From an uncultured Arcobacter sp. (lineage in GTDB: Bacteria > Campylobacterota > Campylobacteria > Campylobacterales > Arcobacteraceae): a stretch of DNA of 64,000 nt. Below, piece after piece: positions 1-10,960 of the stretch. The position numbers and the translations under genes are program-made. The stretch's first letter is position 1. Each line of letters opens with the position of its first letter. The stretch is taken from the NCBI GenBank assembly GCA_965140705.1, contig OZ223302.1, positions 192,001 to 256,000 of the forward strand, in the 5' to 3' direction. A model generated the notes under the pieces. That model was not told where the DNA came from and searched no databases. It worked only from the letters and a program-made list of their open reading frames with translations.

Positions 1-619
1 CAAGTGTTTTTTTTATCTCATTGAGTCCTTCATATTCATCAATTTTTGGATTTATTGATTCTATTTTTTCAATCTCATACTTTGCAAACTCTTTTAACTC
101 TTCAAGTTTTGATTCATCATCATTTATTTTTTTCAATTGTACAGATATGTCTAAAAGCTCACTATAATTATTTTCATACTCATCTTTTAAAGCTTCAAAT
201 TTTTTGTCCTTTGAAGATGCCAAACTATCTAAAAATTTGACTAATCTAACACTTTCAAAATCACTACTATCTTTTAAATGTAGATGCTTAACTAAAGAAC
301 TTGAAAATGATGTTAAAGCTTTTTTTGATATTGTTTGAGAGTTTAAGAAATATCGCACCTTATCTTTTTTTATCTCTTTTATAACAATATCATCATCAGG
401 TTCTATTCCAAACTCTTCACTACTAATAGAAGAGTTCTCAATAGTTGTTTCACTTAAATTAGCTTTCGCCTCTTTTTTGCCAAACAAAGCTAAAAAAGCA
501 TCCATCAAGATTGACTTTCCAGCACCAGAAGGTCCTGTAAAAACTATTAAACCCTTTTCAAACTCCAAATCAACTTTTTGAAAAGAAAGATAATCTTCTA
601 AATAAAATCTACTAATCAT
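1..619 (-). CDS. recN: DNA repair protein RecN (N-terminal part, runs off window edge)
   Basis: Not in ORF track; manual translation from ATG at 619: MISRFYLEDYLSFQKVDLEFEKGLIVFTGPSGAGKSILMDA (SMC-like Walker A); directly downstream of nadK, the usual nadK-recN pair. Confidence 0.9.
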   Translation of the reverse strand, partial: MISRFYLEDYLSFQKVDLEFEKGLIVFTGPSGAGKSILMDAFLALFGKKEAKANLSETTIENSSISSEEFGIEPDDDIVIKEIKKDKVRYFLNSQTISKKALTSFSSSLVKHLHLKDSSDFESVRLVKFLDSLASSKDKKFEALKDEYENNYSELLDISVQLKKINDDESKLEELKEFAKYEIEKIESINPKIDEYEGLNEIKKTL

Positions 620-625
620 TTTTGC

Positions 626-1492
626 TTAATTTCCCCATCTTAATTTTTCGTTTAATACTTCGAAGTAGTTTCTTTGACATCTGTGAATTAATCTTGCCTT
701 ATTAGGTGAAATCTCTATTTTGACGGTTTCATTTTCATTTATATCATAGATATCTTGACCATCAATTATAACTAATGCTCCTTGTTTATCAGTAATTGTA
801 AACTCAATTTTAAAATCAGCTGGTAATACTAATGGTCTTTGAGTTAGACTATGAGGGGCAACTGGAGTTACAATAAAGGCTTCAGTTAAAGGATAAACAA
901 TAGGTCCTCCAACAGATAAATTATAAGCAGTAGAACCAGTAGGAGTAGAGATAATTACCCCATCACCAAAATAAGAATTAAAAGGTATACCATCAATTTT
1001 TGCAGATAGACTTATCATTGAAGATACTGATTTTCTAGTAATTACTATATCATTAAAAGCAACAAAACTCTTCTCATTTGCAGACCCATTTATCATCATA
1101 CGATGGTCAATTCTATATTTATGTTCAAACATCAAAGGCAAAAAGTTTTCAACTTCACTAAATCTAATATCAGTCAAAAATCCTAAAGTACCTAAGTGAA
1201 CCCCAAGTACTGGAATGTCAAATTTAAAACTTCTTCTAACTACAGAAATAAGAGTTCCATCTCCACCAATTGATACCAAAAAATCACAGACTTGACATAA
1301 ATTATCAAGTTCAATACCATCTTCATTGATCATAAGTGCACTTTGCTTTTCTAATATAACTTCTATATTAGCCTTTAAAAAGTGATTTTTAATCACCTCA
1401 TAATCTTTTTTGATTTCAGGAGAATTGGGCTTTAAGATAAAGCCTGCTTTTTTGATTTGATTTAGTTTTTCATTGCTTGTAGTTATTTTCAT
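626..1492 (-). CDS. nadK: NAD(+) kinase
   Basis: GGDGT, GTLGFL, FND and TPTGSTAYNLS motifs. Confidence 0.95.
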   Translation of the reverse strand: MKITTSNEKLNQIKKAGFILKPNSPEIKKDYEVIKNHFLKANIEVILEKQSALMINEDGIELDNLCQVCDFLVSIGGDGTLISVVRRSFKFDIPVLGVHLGTLGFLTDIRFSEVENFLPLMFEHKYRIDHRMMINGSANEKSFVAFNDIVITRKSVSSMISLSAKIDGIPFNSYFGDGVIISTPTGSTAYNLSVGGPIVYPLTEAFIVTPVAPHSLTQRPLVLPADFKIEFTITDKQGALVIIDGQDIYDINENETVKIEISPNKARLIHRCQRNYFEVLNEKLRWGN

Positions 1493-1498
1493 GTTTGG

Positions 1499-1507
1499 AT
1501 TATATCA
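1499..1507 (-). promoter_or_regulatory. Extended -10 box (TGaTATAAT) 6 nt before nadK ATG; probable leaderless transcript
   Basis: Minus strand TGATATAAT-CCAAAC-ATG with no Shine-Dalgarno. Confidence 0.55.
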
Positions 1508-1557
1508 AAATTATCTTTCAGGTAAAGCATCATCTTTATTTTTAAAAATAAAAGCCA

Positions 1558-1593
1558 AAAAAAAACCCTAGCTCAAAATAAGCTAGGGTTTTT
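1558..1593 (-). terminator. Rho-independent terminator after fusA
   Basis: aaaaaccctagct/agctagggttttt stem with T-tract on minus strand. Confidence 0.85.
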
Positions 1594-1614
1594 AATTTAA
1601 AAGAGAAAGGCTAA

Positions 1615-3723
1615 TTAACCATTTCTCTTTTTAATAATTTCGTCAGAAACATTTTTAGGAACTTCTTGATATGAATCAAAAATCATAGAATATGTTGCTC
1701 TACCTTGAGACATAGATCTTAAGTCTGTAGAGTATCCGAACATTTCAGATAATGGAATCATTGCAACAACAAGTTTTACACCAGCTCTATCATCCATAGA
1801 TTGAACTTGTCCTCTTCTTTTATTACAATCCCCAATAACATCTCCCATATAATCTTCAGGAGTTTCAATTTCAACTTTCATGATTGGTTCTAATATTACA
1901 GCTTGTGCAGCTGCAGTTCTACAACCTTGTTTGAAACCCATAGAAGCAGCTAATTTAAATGCTAATTCAGATGAATCCACGTCATGGAAAGAACCATCGT
2001 AAAGAGTTACTTGAATATCAACCATTGGGTAACCAGCTAGGATACCACCTTGCATAGTTTCTATACAACCTTTTTCAACAGCTGGAATATATTCTTTAGG
2101 AATAGCTCCACCTTTAATTTCATTAACGAATACAAAGTTTTCTTCTCCACCAGCTGGAAGAGGAGTAATTGTCAAGTAAACATGACCATATTGACCTTTA
2201 CCACCAGATTGTTTTGCATATTTGTATTCTGATTTAACTTCATTTTTAATAGTTTCTCTATAAGCAACTTGAGGAGCACCAACTTCAGCTTCAACTTTAA
2301 ATTCTCTTTTCATTCTATCCACAAGAATTTCAAGGTGTAACTCACCCATTCCTGAAATAATAGTTTGTCCAGATTCTTCATCAGTTGCAACTCTAAATGA
2401 TGGATCTTCTTCAGCAAGTTTACCTAATGCAATACCCATTTTTTCTTGGTCAGCTTTAGTTTTTGGCTCAACTGCAACAGAGATAACTGGTTCTGGGAAT
2501 TCCATTCTTTCTAAGATAACTGGATCTTTCTCAGATGCTAATGTATCACCTGTAATTGTTGATTTAAGACCAACAACTGCACCGATTTCACCTGCATATA
2601 ATTGAGAACACTCTTCTCTATTATTTGCGTGCATTTTAAGTAATCTTCCGATTCTTTCTTTTTTCATTTTTGTAGAGTTCATTACATAAGTACCTGATTC
2701 TAAGACACCTCTATAAACTCTTGCAAATGTTAATTGTCCAACAAATGGGTCAGTCATAATTTTAAATGCTAATGCTGCAACTTCACCTTCATCAGTAGAA
2801 GGAACAATAACAGCTTCACCATCTTGAGTTTCACCTCTAATATCAGCAACTTCAGTTGGAGCTGGTAAATACATAGCAACTGCATCAAGTAAAGTTTGAA
2901 CACCTTTATTTTTAAATGCAGTACCACAAGTCATAGGAGTAATAGTCATATTTAAACAACCAGCTTTTAGACCTTTTGTAATTTCTGCTTCAGTTAACTC
3001 TTCACCTTCAAGATATTTTTCCATTAACTCTTCGATTTGTTCAGCAGCAGCTTCAACCATTCTTTCTCTATATTCTTCTGCTTGTTCTAATAAATTAGCT
3101 GGAATCTCTTCTACATGGTAGTGAGAACCCATAGCTGCATCTTCATCCCAAACAATAGCTTTCATTTGTACTAAATCAATAATACCTTTAAAATCTTCTT
3201 CTGCACCTATTGGTAATTGAATAGGAATTGCATTAGATTTTAATCTTTCGTTAACTTGTTTTTCAACCATAAAGAAATCAGCACCAGTTCTATCCATTTT
3301 ATTAACGAATATCATTCTTGGTACTTTATATTTATTAGCTTGTCTCCAAACAGTTTCAGATTGTGGTTGAACCCCACCAACTGAACAGAATACTGCAACA
3401 GCACCATCAAGAACCCTCATAGATCTCTCAACTTCAATTGTAAAGTCAACGTGACCCGGAGTGTCAATGATGTTTATTTGTAAATCTTCACTTGTAATTG
3501 GGTGTTTCCAGTGACAAGTTGTAGCAGCAGAAGTAATTGTAATACCTCTTTCTTGCTCTTGTTCCATCCAGTCCATTGTAGCAGCACCTTCATGTACTTC
3601 TCCAATTTTGTGTGATACACCTGTATAAAATAAAATTCTTTCAGTAGTTGTAGTTTTTCCTGCATCAATATGAGCAGCAATACCAATATTTCTAACTCTG
3701 TTAAGTGGTGTTTTTCTAGCCAT
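1615..3723 (-). CDS. fusA: Elongation factor G
   Basis: [21 protein letters not shown] motifs; 702 aa; follows rpsG. Confidence 0.99.
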   Translation of the reverse strand: MARKTPLNRVRNIGIAAHIDAGKTTTTERILFYTGVSHKIGEVHEGAATMDWMEQEQERGITITSAATTCHWKHPITSEDLQINIIDTPGHVDFTIEVERSMRVLDGAVAVFCSVGGVQPQSETVWRQANKYKVPRMIFVNKMDRTGADFFMVEKQVNERLKSNAIPIQLPIGAEEDFKGIIDLVQMKAIVWDEDAAMGSHYHVEEIPANLLEQAEEYRERMVEAAAEQIEELMEKYLEGEELTEAEITKGLKAGCLNMTITPMTCGTAFKNKGVQTLLDAVAMYLPAPTEVADIRGETQDGEAVIVPSTDEGEVAALAFKIMTDPFVGQLTFARVYRGVLESGTYVMNSTKMKKERIGRLLKMHANNREECSQLYAGEIGAVVGLKSTITGDTLASEKDPVILERMEFPEPVISVAVEPKTKADQEKMGIALGKLAEEDPSFRVATDEESGQTIISGMGELHLEILVDRMKREFKVEAEVGAPQVAYRETIKNEVKSEYKYAKQSGGKGQYGHVYLTITPLPAGGEENFVFVNEIKGGAIPKEYIPAVEKGCIETMQGGILAGYPMVDIQVTLYDGSFHDVDSSELAFKLAASMGFKQGCRTAAAQAVILEPIMKVEIETPEDYMGDVIGDCNKRRGQVQSMDDRAGVKLVVAMIPLSEMFGYSTDLRSMSQGRATYSMIFDSYQEVPKNVSDEIIKKRNG

Positions 3724-3732
3724 TTATAATTC

Positions 3733-4212
<480 letters not shown>

Positions 4213-4216
4213 CTAC

Positions 4217-4600
4217 TTATTTCTTAGCCGCTTTAGGCTTTTTAGTACCGTATTTAGATCTTGCAACTGTTCTGTTTGCAACACCAGCAGTATCTAAAGC
4301 ACCTCTAACGATGTGATATTTAACCCCAGGTAAATCCTTAACTCTTCCCCCTCTAACTAAAACGATAGAGTGTTCTTGTAAGTTGTGACCTTCACCACCA
4401 ATATATGAAATAACTTCATAACCTGTTGTTAATCTAACTTTTGCAACTTTTCTTAAAGCCGAGTTAGGTTTCTTTGGAGTTGTAGTATATACTCTTGTAC
4501 ATACTCCTCTTCTTTGTGGACATTTTTCAAGTGCTGGAGATTTTGATTTTTCAACCACTCTCTTTCGCTCTTTTCTAATCAATTGATTAATAGTAGGCAT
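4217..4600 (-). CDS. rpsL: 30S ribosomal protein S12
   Basis: [28 protein letters not shown]. Confidence 0.99.
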   Translation of the reverse strand: MPTINQLIRKERKRVVEKSKSPALEKCPQRRGVCTRVYTTTPKKPNSALRKVAKVRLTTGYEVISYIGGEGHNLQEHSIVLVRGGRVKDLPGVKYHIVRGALDTAGVANRTVARSKYGTKKPKAAKK

Positions 4601-4738
4601 TTTTTCCCTTTGTTTAAATTGGTTTGAGTAATTATAGCATTACCCAGGCTTCTCGATTGACTTGATATATACACCTGTATAATCAAAACGATACTACCAT
4701 TTTAGAGAAACTGTAGTTGTTTTCTAAAAAAGTTAGGG

Positions 4739-4744
4739 ATTATA
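4739..4744 (-). promoter_or_regulatory. Candidate -10 box of str operon
   Basis: TATAAT on minus strand ~140 nt upstream of rpsL ATG. Confidence 0.5.
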
Positions 4745-4799
4745 CTTAAAATAAAATTAATTTAGGCTTATATTATATTTATTACCTTGTTAGTAATCA

Positions 4800-7700
4800 T
4801 TATAAATCTTTACAATACTTTCCTTTTTTATTATATTTTAACTTTTTTTCTTTTTTAATATTAAAGTCAATTTCTTTTATTATTTTTCTAGCATTAAATA
4901 TTTCTTTTTTATAATATTCAGCAAAATTCCAAATAAGTATAGCTTTTTCAAAATTTTCTTTTGCTTTTATACATTCTTTCTTGTCTTTATAAATATATGC
5001 AATATTATTATAACTTGATGCTAAATCAGGATGTTTATATCCTAAAATCTCTTCTCTTAACTTCAAAGCTTTTTCTTGATATTCTAAAGCTTTAGTTAAT
5101 TCTCCCATATCTTGATAAATCGTAGAGATATTATTATAACTTGATGCTAAAGCAGGATGTTTATATCCTAAAATCTCTTCTGTTAACTTCAAAGCTTTTT
5201 CTTGATATTCTAAAGCTTTAGTTAACTCTCCCATATCTTTATAAATCGTAGAGATATTATTATAACTTAATGCTAAATTAGGATGTTTATCTCCTAAAAT
5301 CTCTTCTATTAACTTCAAAGCTTTTTCTTGATATTCTAAAGCTTTAGTTAATTCTCCCATATCTTGATAAATCATAGAGATATTATTATAACTTGATGCT
5401 AAAGCAGGATGTTTATATCCTAAAATCTCTTCTCTTAACTTCAAAGCTTTTTCTTGATATTCTAAAGCTTTAGTTAATTCTCCCATATCTTGATAAATCG
5501 TAGAGATATTATTATAACTTGATGCTAAAGCAGGATGTTTATATCCTAAAATCTCTTCTGTTAACTTCAAAGCTTTTTCTTGATATTCTAAAGCTTTAGT
5601 TAACTCTCCCATATCTTGATAAATCATAGAGATATTATTATAAATTGATGCTAAAGCAGGATGTTTATATCCTAAAATCTCTTCTGTTAACTTCAAAGCT
5701 TTTTCTTGATATTCTAAAGCTTTAGTTAACTCTCCCATATCTTTATAAATCGTAGAGATATTATTATAACTTGATGCTAAAGCAGGATGTTTATCTCCTA
5801 AAATCTCTTCTATTAACTTCAAAGCTTTTTCTTGGTATTCTAAAGCTTTAGTTAACTCTCCCATATCTTTATAAATCGTAGAAATCAAGTTATAACTTTT
5901 AGCACTTTCTTTTGATTCTTTTCCAAAGGATTTTATTCTTATTTCTAAAGACTTAGTTTGTACTTCCATCGCTTTTTTATACTGTGCTAAAGAGTAAAAA
6001 AGATAAGTCAAAGAATCAAGTATTCCACAAATATACTCATCTTCTTTATCACTAAATATATCTAATAATGATTTTATTATAGGAATATACCCATTTAATT
6101 TATTTGCAATAATAGTAGAATCATTTGTATCAATATAACTTCCTATATTAGTTAAAATAAATGTTATGTCATCATAAGGTACCATATATTCACTCATTAC
6201 AAAAGTTTTTATAATTTGATGAAGTTTGTAACTGTTCTCTTTTTTATTTAACCAACCACGCTCTACTAATTTTTGAAGATTAACCTTTAATTTTTCTAAA
6301 CCTATTGATCTATTTAAAATCTCAAATTCTATTTCCATTGAAGGATATAAAGCCAATATTTGCAATAACTTTTTTAATTCTGGATTTGATTCAGAATTAA
6401 ACTGTTTATTATAAGTATTTTGAAGATGTTCTTGAAATGTTTTATCATCTTTTGAATCAATTTTTGAAATAGTATTATTTTTTATATTTTCTCGTAACTC
6501 TTCCAAAGTTACATATTCTTGAGATAAAGATTTTGCAGTTAGATTAATAAAAAGAGGATGATTATCTAAATAAATCAATATATCATCTATTTCAGTATCT
6601 TTATCATAAATACTTAGGAATAATTTTTTTGCATCGTCTGGATTTAAAGTATCTAAATTAAGTTGATTATCTGCATCAATATCTTTAATCCGAGTTGTTA
6701 TTAATAAATCAAAATTTACATTTAAAACTTTTATCTTATCAAAGTCATTTCTATTTTCTAAATTATCAATTAACAATAAATTTCTACTTGGTAAGCCTTG
6801 TAATCTTTGTATTACGCTATCTAAATTTGATTTTTCATCTAAAGAAAACGTCTCTTTAAACTTTCTTATAAATAACTCTTCCAAAGAACTTGTTTCTTTT
6901 GTAATTTCGATAAATGCTATATTTTTATATTTATGTTTATTTTCATGTAGATATTGATATGAAAGTTCACTTTTACCAACTCCACCAATTCCATTTACAA
7001 TATAAGTTAAACTATTGTTTAATAAGTTTTCTTCAATTTGTTTTAATTCCTCTTTTCTACCAACAAACTTATCATTTATTGCAGGTAAAGTTGTTAAATT
7101 ATATGCACTTTCGTGATAAAGATTTTTTGTTTCTAAGATAGATGCATCTTCACCTTTATTAGTTTCCAAAGTAGAGAGAACCTTTAATTTCTCAATTAAA
7201 GGTTCTCCATGATTTTCATATTCTATAACTTTTATATTTCTATTTAAATCTTCTACAATTGAACCTTTTTTGCATAAAATATAATGTTCATGACTATTTT
7301 CACCAAATATTTCTATTGTTCGATTTAATTGTTCTACTATGAACTCATCATCTAAGCTAAAACCTATAAATAAAAGTGATTTTGACTGAATCACTGCCCT
7401 TAAAGTTTCTAAAGCACTTTTATATTTGCTATCTTGTGAGTTTTTCGTATAAAGTTCATTGTATTTTTTTGAAGTTAAAATAATGTTATTGACATTATCA
7501 ATGTGCCCATGAATATGCCATACTATTGGCTTAGTTATTTCATCTCGTAGTGAAGTTGCTTGCTCATGTATTGCTTCGATATCCCAATATTTTTTATTTA
7601 TATCGTTACAAGAATTATAAATGACTTTGTCATAATTAGTTGTAATTACTAAATTGCTATTCAATCCCCAAACTGTTTTTGCCAATAATAATGTATTTTC

Positions 7701-8003
7701 ATCAATTTCGGAAAAATTTATATCAAATGATTCTTTGATTTTTCTATTAAATTCATTCTTAGTTAAACATTTTTCAATTCTATCTGCTATATCTAAATAA
7801 TCTATTGGTTTGTCATCTAAGAGTGCATCAATTACATTTTTTTTGCTATCTTCTTTTATATCAATTACAAAACTTCTTAGAAGTTCTTCCCAATTAGGAA
7901 AAACTTTTGAGCCATCTTTATATTTTATTTCTTTTGATACTCCAGCACCAACAAAAGGAATCACTTTATTTTCACTAATTAATCGTTGTAATTGACTTTC
8001 CAT
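4800..8003 (-). CDS. SIR2-like (NADase) + STAND/NB-ARC NTPase + TPR protein; NLR-like putative anti-phage protein
   Basis: N-terminal FVGAGVS, ITTNYD, HIHG, LLFIGFSLDD (SIR2_2-type); FVGR..EL pre-P-loop, GIGGVGKS Walker A, LLLIDNLE Walker B, LLITTR sensor-1, HPL (GxP-like), YKLHQ (MHD-like); C-terminal 42-aa TPRs. Confidence 0.88.
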   Translation of the reverse strand: MESQLQRLISENKVIPFVGAGVSKEIKYKDGSKVFPNWEELLRSFVIDIKEDSKKNVIDALLDDKPIDYLDIADRIEKCLTKNEFNRKIKESFDINFSEIDENTLLLAKTVWGLNSNLVITTNYDKVIYNSCNDINKKYWDIEAIHEQATSLRDEITKPIVWHIHGHIDNVNNIILTSKKYNELYTKNSQDSKYKSALETLRAVIQSKSLLFIGFSLDDEFIVEQLNRTIEIFGENSHEHYILCKKGSIVEDLNRNIKVIEYENHGEPLIEKLKVLSTLETNKGEDASILETKNLYHESAYNLTTLPAINDKFVGRKEELKQIEENLLNNSLTYIVNGIGGVGKSELSYQYLHENKHKYKNIAFIEITKETSSLEELFIRKFKETFSLDEKSNLDSVIQRLQGLPSRNLLLIDNLENRNDFDKIKVLNVNFDLLITTRIKDIDADNQLNLDTLNPDDAKKLFLSIYDKDTEIDDILIYLDNHPLFINLTAKSLSQEYVTLEELRENIKNNTISKIDSKDDKTFQEHLQNTYNKQFNSESNPELKKLLQILALYPSMEIEFEILNRSIGLEKLKVNLQKLVERGWLNKKENSYKLHQIIKTFVMSEYMVPYDDITFILTNIGSYIDTNDSTIIANKLNGYIPIIKSLLDIFSDKEDEYICGILDSLTYLFYSLAQYKKAMEVQTKSLEIRIKSFGKESKESAKSYNLISTIYKDMGELTKALEYQEKALKLIEEILGDKHPALASSYNNISTIYKDMGELTKALEYQEKALKLTEEILGYKHPALASIYNNISMIYQDMGELTKALEYQEKALKLTEEILGYKHPALASSYNNISTIYQDMGELTKALEYQEKALKLREEILGYKHPALASSYNNISMIYQDMGELTKALEYQEKALKLIEEILGDKHPNLALSYNNISTIYKDMGELTKALEYQEKALKLTEEILGYKHPALASSYNNISTIYQDMGELTKALEYQEKALKLREEILGYKHPDLASSYNNIAYIYKDKKECIKAKENFEKAILIWNFAEYYKKEIFNARKIIKEIDFNIKKEKKLKYNKKGKYCKDL
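5002..5883 (-). repeat. Tandem array of seven near-identical 126-bp units encoding 42-aa TPRs
   Basis: DMGELTKALEYQEKALKL occurs 7 times at 42-aa spacing; DNA units differ at only a few positions. Confidence 0.97.
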
Positions 8004-8105
8004 ATAAAACCTTATAAATATTACAAATTAAACTAAAACTAAATATTTTATCTAATTATAAATTAATATTAATATCTCCAAACTATCACAATAATATAAC
8101 TTTCT

Positions 8106-8367
8106 CTCTTGAAGAGGTAAACCTCTCTGTTTCTCTTACTTTTACCTTTCAGGATTTAGTCACTTCGTTTCCGCATGTATTGACGAAAAATAAGCAAAAG
8201 CAACTACGGCTTAGGAGGCAAAGGTTCCCTCACTTATTATTTTTATCTTTTCTAATTGGTAAAACTCGTTTATTAAAACTTGCATTTAGCAACTTTTAAA
8301 CACTCAGACAGTTACCAATCTTATTTCAAAAAGAGAAAAATAAACGTTCGGCTTCTGTAGATGTAGC
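8106..8367 (-). repeat. Structured non-coding repeat unit A1
   Basis: Reverse complement aligns with 13193-13417 (acatctacagaagcygaacgttt, aactgtytgagt, tgctaaatgca, gagtttt, agaaaagataaaa, taataagtgarggaacc, tcttcaagag). Confidence 0.9.
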
Positions 8368-8429
8368 AATATTATTTGGTGTCTATATATTACTTTATAA
8401 ATAAAAATTTGAACTATAGGTATTTCTTT

Positions 8430-8652
8430 CTGCCTTTGATGAAGCTGAAAGTTTTATGTTTATTTTCGGTAAAGCCCGAAACTATTTGAACGTTAAAAAA
8501 TGACCTAAACGGTCATTTTAGTGAGTTTTGCAGGGCAGGAAATAAATATATAACTGGAAGGTAGCTTTGCCTTCATCAACTCGGCAGTCTTTTTTGTTTA
8601 CTTTTTCGAGATCAAAAAGTAAGAAAAGCGAAAACCTTTAGGTTTTCATGAG
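8430..8652 (+). repeat. Structured non-coding repeat unit B1
   Basis: Aligns end to end with the reverse complement of 12879-13100; nested stems ctgcc/ggcag, ttgatgaag/cttcatcaa, gccc/gggc, aaaatgacc/ggtcatttt, ttacttttt/aaaaagtaa, gaaaacc/ggttttc. Confidence 0.9.
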
Positions 8653-8666
8653 AAATCATTTATACT

Positions 8667-8692
8667 AATAAGGCTAAAGAAATAGCCTTATT
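8667..8692. terminator. Hairpin terminator immediately after MCP stop
   Basis: aataaggcta/tagccttatt 10-bp stem. Confidence 0.7.
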
Positions 8693-8693
8693 T

Positions 8694-10817
8694 TTAAGAT
8701 TTTCTAAATTTCTTTTTATTTACATTTTCAATGATATTTTTAGCAATAGCAGAGGTATTCACTGCTATTTCTTGAGTATGATTTGCAACATTTGCATTCT
8801 CTTGAGTTCTTGAATCAAGACCTGCAACTGCACCATTGATTTGTTCGATTCCTTCTTTTTGTTCAGTTGAAGCAACTTCAACATGAGATATTAGTTGTGT
8901 AGTTTTATTTATATTTTCATTTAATTCTGCATATCCACTAATCATCTCATCTGCATTTTTCTTACCAGTATTTGCTTTTATTGTGGCATTTTCTACTAAA
9001 TTTTTTATCTCTTTCGCAGCTTCTGCACTTCTTGATGCTAGATTTCGAACCTCTGCTGCAACTACAGCAAATCCTTTTCCTGCTTCTCCTGCTGTTGCTG
9101 CTTCTACTGCTGCATTTAATGACAAAATATTTGTTTGAAAAGCGATTTGATCAATTACTGTAATTGCTTCTGCAATTGCACTTGTTTGTTCATTTATCTC
9201 ATTCATTGATTCAACTGTTAGTTTTGCTAAAGCTTGTCCTGAACTAATTGATTTAAGTAAATTATTTGAATAAACTGCCATTTGTGAAATATTTTGAGTA
9301 TTTTCTACAATAGTTGATGTAATCTCTTCAATTGAAGCAGAAGTCTCTTCTAGGGAAGCTGCTGTGTCTGTTGATGATTTATTAAGTGTATTAACATTTT
9401 CTAATAGTTGTTTTGCATTATTTTCTAAAGTTAACCCTAATTGGTAATTTTCTTGCAACATTCCATTAATAATATCACATAAGCCATTTAGACCTTTTGC
9501 CACTTCCCCAGTAGCATTATCTATATTTTTCTCAAAATCAAGTTTTGAATACTTTTTAAGTGCAGCTAAAATTGTATTGATATTGTTATTTACATTTTTA
9601 GCATTTGCTTTTATCATATCATTTAGAATATCTTTTAATTCATTTAATGATTCTTTTGAAGAAGTTTTTTCCACTTGAACATCGAGATTTCCATTTTTGA
9701 TTTCAGTAACTACTTCTTTTACATTTTCAACTAGTAGCCTATCTTTATCTATTCCATCTTTTACAAATTCTATCTCTTCATCAATTTTTCTTGCCATATT
9801 TCCAAATTCATCATTTGTTTGAATATTTAATGGTTCTACTGTATTTTTTGTACCTTTTAAGTATTCAAAAAAATCATTTAACCCTGATTCAAGAGTATTT
9901 ATTGGATTCAATAATTTTTTTAGTAAGAAATATAAAAGTAATAAAATTATAATTAATAATCCAATATAAATAGCTATTTGTTCTAAGATATGTTTATTTA
10001 TCTCTTTATATACACCCTCTTTACCTAATTCAACAACCAAATACCAAGAAGGAATAGAAACTTTACTATAAGCTACAAGTTTCTTAACTCCATTTTCAGT
10101 AGCTTCTGCAAATTTATTCTCTTCATCTGACCTAATGCCTTTGAATAAAAGACTATCTTTTTTCAATAATTCTTTATTTTTATGAATTATCACTTTTCCA
10201 TCATTTGATAAAAGATAAGCAAATCCATCTTCACCTAACTTTAAATTTAATATCTCATTTACAACAGTGTCTAAAAATATATTCGCACCAACAACACCTA
10301 TAAATTTTCCATCTTTAACATACGGAGAGAAAACTGTAATAACTAGTCTTTTAGTAGTATTATCAACAAAAGGTTCCGTTACTCCTGAACTTTGTATTTT
10401 TATAGCTTTTTTATACCATGGTCTAATTCTAGCATCATAATTCATAGTTGCGATACTTTTCAAGACACCATTAAACTTAATCAAATCGCCACTATCTTCC
10501 AAGCCTAAATACATACTTGCAAAATCACCTGCTTTTTTACCAAGCATAAGTTGATTTACTAAAACTTTGTTGTCTATTGTAAGATTTTGATTTTCTATCA
10601 TATTAGCAACAGACTCTACTACAGTAATCTTTGATTGAAGATAATCATTAATAAATTTTGCAGTTTGTTTAGCTAATGCTGATTCATTTTTCTCTGCTAA
10701 AGAAGCCTCAGTTTGGTATTTACCTGAGGCATCTTTATATCCAAGTATAAGAAATGAACAAGAAATACTTATAAACAATAAAACTAGAAGTTTTGATTTT
10801 ATGCTAGAAATATTCAT
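8694..10817 (-). CDS. Methyl-accepting chemotaxis protein with dCache sensor domain
   Basis: Two TM helices, YDARIRPWY Cache motif, HAMP (DEFGNMA), [37 protein letters not shown] signalling hairpin. Confidence 0.95.
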   Translation of the reverse strand: MNISSIKSKLLVLLFISISCSFLILGYKDASGKYQTEASLAEKNESALAKQTAKFINDYLQSKITVVESVANMIENQNLTIDNKVLVNQLMLGKKAGDFASMYLGLEDSGDLIKFNGVLKSIATMNYDARIRPWYKKAIKIQSSGVTEPFVDNTTKRLVITVFSPYVKDGKFIGVVGANIFLDTVVNEILNLKLGEDGFAYLLSNDGKVIIHKNKELLKKDSLLFKGIRSDEENKFAEATENGVKKLVAYSKVSIPSWYLVVELGKEGVYKEINKHILEQIAIYIGLLIIILLLLYFLLKKLLNPINTLESGLNDFFEYLKGTKNTVEPLNIQTNDEFGNMARKIDEEIEFVKDGIDKDRLLVENVKEVVTEIKNGNLDVQVEKTSSKESLNELKDILNDMIKANAKNVNNNINTILAALKKYSKLDFEKNIDNATGEVAKGLNGLCDIINGMLQENYQLGLTLENNAKQLLENVNTLNKSSTDTAASLEETSASIEEITSTIVENTQNISQMAVYSNNLLKSISSGQALAKLTVESMNEINEQTSAIAEAITVIDQIAFQTNILSLNAAVEAATAGEAGKGFAVVAAEVRNLASRSAEAAKEIKNLVENATIKANTGKKNADEMISGYAELNENINKTTQLISHVEVASTEQKEGIEQINGAVAGLDSRTQENANVANHTQEIAVNTSAIAKNIIENVNKKKFRKS

Positions 10818-10960
10818 TTTTTTCCTTTAGGAGTATTTTTATAGCTATTATACATAAATAATGTGTCATTAGTGTGATAAATTTATATTCATTTAACTTT
10901 GATAAAAGACTAAGGCATAAAACACTAAAATTCCCAAAATTTAAAATAAAGATACTTTTT

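Noticed and set aside
5002..5883. TPR array as a CRISPR or DGR template/variable repeat
   Set aside because: Units are contiguous in-frame 126-mers without spacers, variation is not adenine-specific, and no reverse transcriptase is present
8430..8652. Hammerhead ribozyme reading of B units (TTGATGA ... CGAAAC)
   Set aside because: TTGATGAAG is sequestered by CTTCATCAA, the first core base is not C, GAAA does not follow a stem II, and A units lack the motif
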